From contig OZ076409.1 in assembly GCA_964187785.1 (NCBI GenBank), positions 15,006,001-15,070,000 of the forward strand: a stretch of DNA of 64,000 nucleotides. The letters are read 5' to 3'. Numbering within the stretch: position 1 is the stretch's first letter; each line of letters starts with the position of its first letter. Made by a program: the position numbers and the translations under genes. Origin of the DNA: Amphiscolops sp. MND2022 (taxonomy: Eukaryota). The notes beneath the pieces were generated by a model. The model was not told the origin of the DNA, searched no databases, and saw only the letters and a list, made by a program, of their open reading frames with translations. Positions 53,349 through 64,000 of this stretch are shown one piece after another.

Positions 53349-54104
53349 TTAAAGTCCAAAAGACCTTTTCGTTAGCTTCGCAGTGCATCCGTGACCTCTG
53401 CCGTAGCCAATCCGTCTACATCCGCATTCCAGTCCGGGAGCGGACTGTGACAGGGCCACTGTCATGGGTCGAGCAGCATACCCAGGTTGACGAACTTGGA
53501 ACGAATTGCGTAGGAGATGGCTGCAGCTGCTCTTTATTGGAGAGATGTTCACTGTTCTCTTTGCTTCTAGATCATTTAGCGGGCTCACCGACTTCGGGAC
53601 TATTTTCTTTAGCGGGCCCGGAGGAAAGACGAAATAAGAGATTGAGTCTTCTCGTGCTATTTGTTCTAAGTATTCTGTTACGGTCTCGCTAGTTACTGAG
53701 CGTGGGTTGGGTCGTTTATGATTTTCAACTATGAAGATTTCCGAATTAGTTAAGACATCCGTTCTGGCTTCTTCGATTTCTTCATCCGGGCTTTCCGGGC
53801 TCTCAACTATTTCGCCGTCTTCGCAACTTTCGGTAGACGAAGGGTATTCGCCAGATTCTACTGATACGAAACTATTACTTAATCTGAATCGTTTACAATT
53901 CGTTTCAAGGGAATCAATAGACGAGTTGATGTCTTCCTCATAGTCAGCGTTGGCCTCGACGGAAGAATGGGATATTTCCAAAGTTACCCTGAGATTTGGA
54001 AACAAATCCTTGGGGAGTGGCGTTGAAGCTCTTTCCGATTCTTCTTCGTTTCCACTCTCTGATGAAATGTCGATCAGTTCGTAAATGTCCTTGAGGCTAG
54101 TCAT
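53349..54104 (-). CDS. Intact 251-aa acidic Ser/Glu-rich accessory ORF of element F (sense to pol)
   Basis: Uninterrupted ATG-to-stop ORF; LIDISSESGNEEE; C-terminal CGC...HGC; no TM or signal peptide. Confidence 0.65.
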   Translation of the reverse strand: MTSLKDIYELIDISSESGNEEESERASTPLPKDLFPNLRVTLEISHSSVEANADYEEDINSSIDSLETNCKRFRLSNSFVSVESGEYPSSTESCEDGEIVESPESPDEEIEEARTDVLTNSEIFIVENHKRPNPRSVTSETVTEYLEQIAREDSISYFVFPPGPLKKIVPKSVSPLNDLEAKRTVNISPIKSSCSHLLRNSFQVRQPGYAARPMTVALSQSAPGLECGCRRIGYGRGHGCTAKLTKRSFGL

Positions 54105-54619
54105 CTTGTATCAGAGTTCGTTGTTTGTAGTTGGCGATTTCTTTTGCTGCTATTCTTTCAGTGTTGTTGTTTTTACAATGAATTTTAGGTTTGTTTGAAT
54201 TGACAGATTCATCAGGAAATAATTCTTCATTTTAATTGGTTAGCACCTTTCGATTTATTTTTTAATCCTGGTTGTTGTCGTAATGACAACGACGTGATTT
54301 TATTGGACTTGAATTAGATGATTTTGTTCAGCTGAACTTTGTCAACGTTTTGTTGACGTCAGTTTCGTTAGCGAATAGCTAACTTTCATTTAACTGTCAT
54401 CGTTTTGATGACGTCAATTTTGATAGCGTTTTGCTATATTCGTTCTCGTCAGTTTATGTCTGACTTGGACCATCTATCATCGTTTTGATGACTTCAATTT
54501 CTGATAAAGTTTTGTTAACGTTCTCCTCGCTGTCTTCATATGAACGTTTGATGGTCACTGGGTTGTTTTATTTCTCTTTTCCATTATTTTTCTTCTTTTC
54601 AGGTTTCTTGTTTCCCGGG

Positions 54620-57600
54620 ATGAGTCACAAGGCAGCTCCTTCGCGAGTTGAGACTGGAGCTCAGAGTGGTAACGAGACCCAATATGTCTTTTGTGAGGGG
54701 GACGTTCGTGACAGTGACGCAGATCCGCAGCCTGGCCGACATCTTTTGGGTTTGTTTGAGTTTTTATTCCCTCCATCCATTAAGCTTTGTAGATACTATT
54801 ATTCGCAGCGGAATACTTTTGTTTCTACAGCTTAGATTTTCTGACGCGTCGATAATGGGAAGTGTTTTCCAGGTGCGGTCCCTGCTGTTGTCACTGCTGT
54901 TCCTTCTCGTGTTTCTGGGTCTTGTCCAAAGTTTGATCCTCCATACGTGCCTCTTGCTGTGTCAGTGCCTGCAACTGTTGACGATGTTCCTGAGGCAGAG
55001 CTTCCTGTCGCTGCTACGTCGCGGGTGTCTTTAGATGGTGACCTTGATCTTTCTCTTGCCCAGTTTCTCAGTGGCCCTAGTGGGTCTAGTTCTGTACCCG
55101 TTGCTCAGACTACCGAGGTCGGTATTTCGGCTCAAAAGGCGAATGTGACTTTCCATGAGGCTCCTTGTGATGTTCCTGCCCCATCTCGTGTAGGCGAGAG
55201 TGATGCCCCCTACTGGAGCAAGTAGCGGAGTGGTTGGAAAGTTAGAAGAGCAGCCAGCATTGGAATCTGTGCCCAGTAAAACTGCTCGGAAACGCGAGTC
55301 AGTCCTTCTGGAGTCTGTTGGGTCAAAACGACGATTGCGGACAACGTCGTCGTCCCGTCGTCAACAGTTCCAATTTGACAGTAATGTTCTGTCTAGTTGT
55401 CTAGTTTGATGTAGTTTTTAGGTGTCATTACCAGTAATCATTATGAATTTAGGTAGCGACGATCAGTCTGATGAAGAGTCAGGTATGGTGTTCAATCCAC
55501 GTCAGACTGCTTTGCTGGAAGGGATACTTGGAGTTGAGCTTGGCAGTGAAACTATGCAGCCTTTATTTTCGAGTTAGTAATCCTTGGTATGTGTTCTAGG
55601 CTTTTGCTACAGAAAATGGCGATTCTGTATTTGTTGTTTGTGTTGTAGGATTGCAGGAAGTTCTGTCACGAATGGAGTCAAGTATTGAGGGCTTGTCCGC
55701 TATGCAACCCAAAGTTTGTCCAAACAATCCCCGGAATCGTCTTCGCCGGGATATGGTCAAGGATGATCCTGTGTATAGTCTCTTTGTCAGTGGGTCAAGT
55801 ACTGGATGCCCTTGGAGTTTTTACTGCATGATATGTCACAGGAACGTGTCGATGAAGACTCGTGGAGCCGGAGAGTTAGATCGGCATTTCGGAACTAAGC
55901 ACCGGAACGCTGACGTGACGTGCAGAGTTCACAATGGTCTGCCTGTATACAATCGTCTGCGTGACCCTATGGTTCTATCAGCTGAGGAGGAGGCTGATTT
56001 CTTGTCGCGAGTCTGTCGTGGTCGAGCTGAAGGCTTTAGTTTCCCCGAGGATTTGCTACCATCATGTACCCGGGAGGGTTCCAGTGTGCCCCTTCTGACA
56101 ATGGTCACCTCTTTGATGGAGCTGTTGCGTTGTGGCGGAAGCTATCTACTGCTTCGTAAGCTCTGGGGCTGTTTCCGGGCTACGTTAGGTCGAGAGAATC
56201 CTTTGTATTCGCTGGCATGGAGCCGTTGCGACTCACTCGTTAGTCGTTTTGTTTGTTGAATGATATGTATACTGTTTCATCTTTGCGTGTATTGTCATAT
56301 AGTTGTTATTTAGATTGGTCTTAGGGTAGTGTTTGTTGTAGGCTCTCATCTGCCGTGCCCTATTCCCTCGGGTGTTACGTGCCCTGCATTCACGAATTAT
56401 CACTTTCGGTGTCTACAGTGTGTCTTTTAACGAAGTAGACGGGAACCAGTACTGCGTTGTTCGAACGTGGGAGGATGACTCTCTGCTGGAAGTGTGCGTT
56501 CATGTTGAGCCGTCTGGACGTCGACTGCCTGAAAAAAAACTTGCTGGGTTGTCTCGAGTGGTTAGTTCCCTGCCAACATCACAGTTGCCTATATTGATTC
56601 GGGGTGGTAGTCCCACTCTTCTGCGGGTCATCAATGAGAATGGTGGTGATGGGCATCACTTTGAGTATATTCGGGAGTTTACACCCAAAGTTTTCTTGCG
56701 TTGTTATCGGCAAGCCCACCAAGACATCTTTGGAATGTTGGAGACAACTGCAATGGTGGATTTCTTGTTGTTACGGCTGAGAGGAGCTCTGCATGAGGTG
56801 TGGCTAGAGGACGTCCCAGAGCTCCGACGTGCAATCATCGCTGGTTCTGTGGAGTTTTCTGGAATGCGTTCTGTAGTGACTGAACTGATTTCTGTGTGGA
56901 AATTTGTTCGCGAGTACGTCCGACACTCTGGTCCTCGACACGTCAAGAGTGCGTCCGATAGGGTATGTATTGTTTCTGTCGCTTTTGGGTTGTACCTTGT
57001 TTTTATATTGCTTATGGGTCGGGGTTTAGTCGTCTGTTTGGGATTTGTGGTTTTTCTGTAGTGATTACGGTGGAGCTGTTGTTATAGATGCGGGGCACTG
57101 ATTGGCATGTATTCTCGGACAACTTGAATGACTTGCGTCTAGGCTTACTTCTTCATGTTTTGGAGATCTGTGAGTATGATTCGTGATTGTGTCATCTGTG
57201 AGTGCCTGTTCGAGTTATTTTATGTGCGTATAATTAGATCATTGTACCTTCAAGAAGCAGCTGGTGAATCGATCTGATTATGGTTTCTATAGTTACAGTG
57301 AACTTTGCCAGTTTGTTTATTGTCTGCTGTCTCGAACTCGACGTCTGTCGGATATGCCTGAGTTAAACGACTGGGATGCGTATTTGGATAGCCCGAAGAT
57401 AGCTGCTTTCGGCAAAGCGGATTCTGCTGACTTCTTGGTTAATCATTCCTTTGGTGAGGAGCTGAGAAGGTCTAGTACGCAAGAGCTGTGTGAATTCCGT
57501 CGTCGCTGTCAGGAGTTTATGGATCGTCTTGTGGAAGTGATTTTGTCCCTTCATTTGGTGTCTGCAGAGTTTTATCAGGGCATCTATTGCTTTTGTCCCG

Positions 57601-58523
57601 AGTTGTTGTTGGAGGGGGACGACCGTTACATTTTGGGTCTTTATGCGAAGCTGTTGCGAGTGCTGGAGAAAAGTGGATGGTTGACCACAGATGTTGCCAA
57701 AGCTAGCTTGGAGGAGTTTACTTCGTATGTTGTGGAAGTACGTGTTCGGCATCGAGATTCTGACCGGAGCGCGGCAGAGATTGTTGACATTGTTCCCTAT
57801 ATTTTGGCAGATTACAGCTTCTGTTGTCGTCATAACCTCGTTCGGGTGTTGGAACTCTGCAGTCTTGTGGCTATGCGTTTGCCTTTGAAGCTGCCTGTTG
57901 TGGATATCGACACTTCGGATTGTAGCGTTCCTGATTTGGCAGTAACTGCTGCTTTGAAATGTATCCAGAGTTACGTTCTGTCGCCTGCCTATAAGCAAAT
58001 CGCCTTTTTCACTACAGCCACTATGGAAGCAGTGCGGGATTCTGTCGCACATTCGCGAGTTTTTATGACTTCTGTTGGACTCGATCCTTGGAACGAGTTG
58101 GCGTGTTCTGATCGCGAAGAAGTCATTTTGAACTACAGTGGTTTGTTTGCTGGGCAATTGTGTCGTAAGTAGAAACTTGCTGTGGATCAAGCCGGTGATA
58201 AAGACAAGCGACGACAGAGTGGTAGTGATGTTGCGTCTGCTCCTAGTTCAGTCAGGGCATCTCCTGTTGGCAATGCGGCTGTTTCAGGCGACGAGAGTAC
58301 GTCAAGTTCGGTCAAAGCTGGCAGGCAGAAGTTACGCGTTAGTATCGCCGCTGCAGTTGCGAAAGGAAAAAAGGCTGTTACTCGAGTGGGTACTGCTGCT
58401 GATGATGAAGGAATGGTTGGTAGTAGTGATACGAAGAGGGGTGCGTCACATAGTACCCGGACGAATGATGAGGAGAAATCGAAAACAACTAGCTCTAAGT
58501 CAGGAAAGGGCTCCAAGCACTAA
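54620..58523 (+). pseudogene. Antisense multi-exon accessory gene of element F: Zn-finger plus hAT-transposase-like protein (few lesions)
   Basis: Exons ~54620-54749, 54831-55380, 55453-55572, 55649-56238, 56342-56962, 57062-57169, 57238-58523 with GT-AG introns; frame preserved across introns at 55381, 55573, 56239, 57170; FYCMIC...RHFGTKH. Confidence 0.82.
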
Positions 58524-58729
58524 CTACCATTTACTGTTGAGTTTGTAACTGTTTGTTGTAACTGTTTTGAAGTTGTTTAGTTAGTAGTATTAGTTTATTG
58601 TAGAAGTTTCAATCAAGGAGTCAGAAAGTTTGTGGGAAAACCTCCTAGTCTGTGATTTTGAATTATGAATTAGTCAGATCAGTTTGGTCTGGACTCCTGA
58701 CGATCTTTTCTTGACTTAGTGCGTCGTAG

Positions 58730-61700
58730 TCATAGCGTCGAGTCTTCTGAAATCAGGATCTGCATTTGGTTTAGGTTTAGGTCGTAGATAATAGTTTGCT
58801 GTTTTTCGTGGGTTATATCCGACGTTCGTAGGCGGTGGTCTTGGGGAATAGGTGGACTTTCAATGGGTGAGGGGCGTCGTATGTATGGGTTATCTCCCAC
58901 GCTTGTAGTAAGATTTGAAAAGTCCGGTGACGGCGGCGCCACGTCATCTGTGTCTTCAGTTTGATTTCTTGGCGTTTCAGGCGTCGTCGTTTTGTCGTTC
59001 ATGTTTGTCTCTTCCTGTATTATTACTTGTTGCTTAGTTTCCGTATCTTTTGATGTCTCGTTTTCGTCGATGTGCTTTCCAAAATCCATTTCCCATGATA
59101 CTGCATACCATTCATTGTGGGATACCTCAACGTCTGGGTCTGGCAGATAGTCATTTGATCGTACTGTGACATCAGGCAAGCGTTGGTCTGGTACGTAGGG
59201 GCGTATTCGGATTCTACGTAGCGTCTGTGTGTATCTCGTGCCGAGTTTTCGTATTGTGTAGTTGTTATTTGATAGTACTTTTATCACGATATACGGTCCT
59301 GTCCAGATGCAATCTTGGAATGCGAATTTCGTAGATTGATTGTCGGCTTTCGGATTAAGGATGTAGCAGTAATCATTTATTTTGAGCGGAGCTGCCGACG
59401 CTTTGCGGTCGTAAAAATTTTTGTATTTGAGATAAGACAGAATGATGTTGTCTTTTGCTGTCGCTCGCACTTTGTCGATTTGCTTTTGGAGCTGTTCTGC
59501 TAAATCCGAGTTAGGCGTGGTTTTCCACTTTGGCTTGATGCCCAGTTTTAAATCGAGAACATTGTAGGGTATACGTCCATGGAATACTGTAGATGGTTCA
59601 CAGCCCAAAGTGTCATGATATGTTGTATTATAGTTCATTACTGCAATTTGGACATATTTGTGCCACACTGAGCGTCTTTCTCCCGTTGAGATTTTTAGGG
59701 CAGTTTTAATCGAAGCGTGAGTTCTTTCTAAGATTCCGATCGTTTGTGCATGCTTCGTAGAAGCGTGGCTGATTTGGATTTCGAGTATTTGTGTTATTTC
59801 CGCGACAACTTCCGATCTGAACTGTGAGCCTTTATCTGATAAAATTAAGGTTGGTAGGTATGCATGTCTTGTCATGACGTCGACAATGCAACGTCCGATT
59901 GTCTCTGCTGTGACATTCTGTGTTGGGTATGCAAATAGGTATCGTGACAAGACGTCAATCATTGTGACAATGTTCTGATATCCTGCAGAATTTGGTAGGT
60001 TTGGCAGTATGTCGATTTCGAGTATGTCTTCCGGTCCTAATACATGTTCTGTATTGTTAATCATTTTCGGCCGGATTTGGCTATTGTGGATTCTTTTGTA
60101 CTTGATGCAGTCTTCGCATTGCATTACCCATTGTTTGATTCTTCTCGCTAATCCGGGGTAGTAGTATTTTGATCTGCATTCTTGGATCATCTTTGTGATT
60201 CCAGGGCGTTTTCCCATTTGTCCATGAATTGCTGTCAGTAGTTGGGTGATTAGGTGTTCGGGTATGAGTATCTGGTGGTGTGTGATCTGTCCACATTCCC
60301 CGTAGTATTTGCGCATTAGAATCCCGTCCTTGACAACTATTCTGTTTTCATGGACCAAGAGACGTTTTGCTTTCGGGTCTGTTTGTAAGAGGTGTTTGTC
60401 ATATTCTTCGAATATTAACTTTCGTTTGATTGCTTGAAATACGGGGTGTGAGTCTTGTTCAACTCTAATTCGTGCGTTTTCCTTGATTGCTCCGAAGGTG
60501 TATGACGCTTTGTTGATTGATATCGGTGCCGTTTCTGTTAAGATGAGTTTGATTTTCCTTGTTTCTGCTTCAGATGCGTTTTGTCTTGCTTGTTCCTTTT
60601 GTAATAGAATCTCCTCTTCAGTCTGGAGTGTTTCGTCGGGAAGGAAAAAGAGTTGTTCTTCATCTGCGACGTCTGTCGATTGTAAGTTGATTTGTATTGG
60701 TCTGATTGTTATGTCATCTCGTAGTTCCAACTAAATTCGCTCCTTAAAGTTTAGGTCGATCCTTGATAGAAAGTCGGCCGCAGTTTTTGTGTCCCTGCTA
60801 CGTGCATTATGTGGAAATTAAATTGTAGGACGTAGTCAGAGGCATTCCATAGTGTGGGAGGGATAGCCTTTGTTTAGAAGAATCGTGTTACTGATCTGTT
60901 GTCAGTCATTACAAGTGTTTGCAAGGTTGCTTCCCATAGTACATGGCTGTATTCGTGTATTCGAGGAAGGCATGGAAGATTGCTAGGAATTCTTTAATTG
61001 TGCTGGTGAGAATACTTTCGATCCGAAGGCGACGGGCGCGAAGGTCTTTTTTTTTGAATTAAGTTTCTTCTCGTTATCTTCTTCCATCATGAGAGCGTAT
61101 CCTGAGGCGCGGAAGCTGGCATCCGTGGTTAGGACGTATTGGCGACCTGTGATCGGTTGTTTAAGGGCTAATCCGCATGCTTCCGCTAACGCTGCGTTAA
61201 TCGCTTTGTAGTTATCTAGCAGGTCTTCCTGTATTATTACTTGTTGGTTAGTTTCCGTATCTCTTGATGTCTCGTTTTCGTCGATCTGCGTTCCAAAATC
61301 CATTTCCCATGATACTGCATACCATTCATTGTGGGATACGTTAACGTCTTGGTCTGGCAGATAGTCATTTCATCGTACTGTGACGTCAGGCAAGCGTTCG
61401 TCAGGTACGTAGGGGCGTATTCGGGTTCTATTTATTGTCTGTGTGTATCTCGTGCCGAGTTTTCGTATTGTGTAGTTGTTATTTGATAGTACTTTTATCA
61501 CGATATACGGTCCTGTCCAGATGCAATCTTGGAATGCGAATTTCGTCGATTGATTGTCGGCTTTCGGACTAAGGATGTAGCAGTAATCATTTATTTTGAG
61601 CGGAGCTGCCGACGCTTTGCGGTCGTTGTACTTTTTGTAATTGAGGTAAGACAGCATGATGTTGTCCTTTGCTGTCGCTCGCACTTCGTCGAATTGCTTT

Positions 61701-64000
61701 TGGAGCTGTTCTGCTAAATCCGAGTTAGGCGTGGTTTTCCACTTTGGCTTGATGCCCAGTTTTAAATCGAGAACATAGTAGGGTATACCTCCATGGAATA
61801 CTGTAGATGGTTCACAGCCCAAAGTTTCATGATATGTTGTATTATAGTTCATTACTGCAATTTGGACATATTTGTGCCACACTGAGCGTCTTTCTCCCGT
61901 TGGGATTTTTAGGGCAGTTTTAATTGAAGCGTGAGTTCTTTCTAAGTTTCCGATCGTTTGTGCATGCTTCGTAGACGCGTGGCTGATTTGGATTTCGAGT
62001 TTTTGTGTTATTTCCGCGACAACTTCCCATCTGAACTGTGAGCCTTCATCTGATAAAATTAAGGTTAGTAGGTATGCATGTCTTGTCATGGCGTCGACAA
62101 TGCAACGTCCGATTGTCTTTGCTGTGACATTCTGTGTTGGGTATGCAAATAGGTATCGTGAGAATACGTCAATCATTGTGACAATGTTCTGGTATGCTGC
62201 AGAATTTGGTAGGTTTGGCATTATGTCGATTTCGAGTATGTCTTTCGGTCCTAATACATGTTCTGTATTGTTAATCATTTTCGGCCGGATTTGGCTATTG
62301 TTGATTCTTTTGTACTTGATGCAGTCTTCTCATTGCATTACCCATTGTTTGCTTCTTTTCGCTAATCCCGGGTAGTAGTATTTTGATCTGCATTCCTGGA
62401 TCATCTTTGTGATTCCAGGGTGTTTTCCCATTTGTCCATGAACTGCTGTCAGTAGTTCGGTAATTAGGTGTTCGGGTATGAGTATCTGGTGGTGTGTGAT
62501 CTGTCCATATTCCCCGTAGTATTTGCGCATTAGAATCCCGTCCTTGACAATTATTCTGTTTTCATAGACCAAGAGACGTTTTGCTTTCGGGTCTGTTTGT
62601 AAGAGGTATTTGTCATATTCTTCGCAAATGAACTTTCATTTGATTGCTTGAAATACGGGGTCTGAGTCTTGTTCAACTCTAATTCGTGCATTTTCCTTGA
62701 TTGCTCCGAAGGTATAATGACGCTTTGTTGATTGGTATTGGTGCCGTTTCTAAGATGAGTTTGATTTTCCTTGTTCTGCTTCAGATGCGTTTTGTCTTGC
62801 TTGTTTCTTTTGTAATAGAATCTCCTCTTCAATCTGGAGTGTTTCGTCGGGAAGGAAAAAGAGTTGTTCTTCATCTGCGACGTCTGTCGATTGTAAGTTG
62901 ATTTGTGTTGGTCTGATTGTTATGTCATCTCGTAGTTTCAACTCAATTCGCTCCTTAGGATTTAGGTCGATCCTTGATAGAAAGTCGGCCGCAGTATTTT
63001 GTGTCCCTGCTACGTGCATTATGTGGAAATTAAATTGTAGGACGTAGTCACAGGCATTTCATAGTGTGGGGGGATGGCCTTTGTTTGGAAGAATCGTGTT
63101 ACTGATCAGTTGTCAGTCATTACAAGTGTTTGCAAGGTTGCTTCCCATAGTACATGGCTGTATTCGTGTATTCGAGGAAAGCATGGAAGATTGCTAGGAA
63201 TTCTTTAATTGTGCTGGTGAGAATACTTTCGATCCGAAGGCGACGGGCGCGAAGGTCTTTTTCTTTGAATTAAGTTTCTTCTCGTTATCTTCTTCCATCA
63301 TGAGCGTATCCTGAGGCGCGGAAGCTGGCATCCGTGGTTAGGACGTATTGGCGACCTGTGATCGGTTGTTTAAGGGCTAATCCGCATGCTTCCGCTAACG
63401 CGGCGTTAATCGCTTTGTAGTTATCTAGCAGGTCTTCCTGTATTATTACTTGTTGGTTAGTTTCCGTATCTCTTGATGTCTCGTTTTCGTCGATCTGCGT
63501 TCCAAAATCCATTTCCCATTATACTGCATACCATTCATTGTGGGATACGTTAACGTCTTGGTCTGGCAGATAGTCATTTCATCGTACTGTGACGTCAGGC
63601 AAGCGTTCGTCAGGTACGTAGGGGCGTATTCGGGTTCTATTTATTGTCTGTGTGTATCTCGTGCCGAGTTTTCGTATTGTGTAGTTGTTATTTGATTGTT
63701 ACTTTTATCACGATATACGGTCCTGTCCAGATGCAATCTTGGAATGCGAATTTCGTCGATTGATTGTCGGCTTTTGGACTAAGGATGTAGCAGTAATCAT
63801 TTATTTTGAGCGGAGCTGCCGACGCTTTGCGGTCGTTGTACTTTTTGTAATTGAGGTAAGACAGCATGATGTTGTCCTTTGCTGTCGCTCGCACTTCGTC
63901 GAATTGCTTTTGGAGCTGTTCTGCTAAATCCGAGTTAGGCGTGGTTTTCCACTTTGGCTTGATGCCCAGTTTTAAATCGAGAACATAGTAGGGTATACCT
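58730..64000 (-). pseudogene. pol: pol 3' part (RNase H, integrase) in three tandem ~2.2-kb copies
   Basis: LTTDASFRASGY; integrase core EIDILP / ILSDKGSQF / GILERTH; WTGPY; units 59010-61223, 61224-63432, 63433->64000. Confidence 0.93.

Larger units (their letters stand above)
53349..64000 (-). mobile_element. Ty3/Gypsy element F (3' part; extends beyond window)
   Basis: RNase H and integrase on the minus strand followed by an accessory region laid out as in element A. Confidence 0.88.

Noticed and set aside
57363..58190. 275-aa minus-strand ORF and similar shadow ORFs over pol and the LINE
   Set aside because: Reverse-complement shadows of better-supported coding frames; no motifs
53349..58523. 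env gene in the post-pol region (also 6362-12587)
   Set aside because: No sense-strand ORF with signal peptide, furin site and TM anchor

Overview
AT-rich eukaryotic, probably invertebrate, genomic DNA with two 200-nt N gaps, dominated by transposable elements. It holds two long, decayed Ty3/Gypsy LTR retrotransposons (A: 1-13810, +; F: about 53349->64000, -), an internally deleted LTR element with near-identical LTRs (18895-22805), solo LTRs with 5-bp TSDs, nested hAT/MITE/Helentron-type elements, a tandem segmental duplication (23052-33266) and an APE-RT LINE. Host genes are an XBP1 ortholog (39661->37951, -) with a 20-nt IRE1 intron, a dual-frame second exon and one frameshift, plus a probable first exon of a membrane-protein gene (16555). 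Main discovery candidate: both diverged Gypsy elements carry, just downstream of integrase, an antisense spliced gene for a zinc-finger, hAT-transposase-like protein that appears to lack catalytic residues. Two intron positions are shared between the copies, and a short acidic sense-strand ORF lies next to the gene (intact and SIM-bearing in F). Second: in five LTR families a long Gag N-terminal ORF lies inside the LTR and reaches the LTR end in the same phase, reading through the PBS as (M/V)VTG. All alignments were made by eye; no database searches were run.
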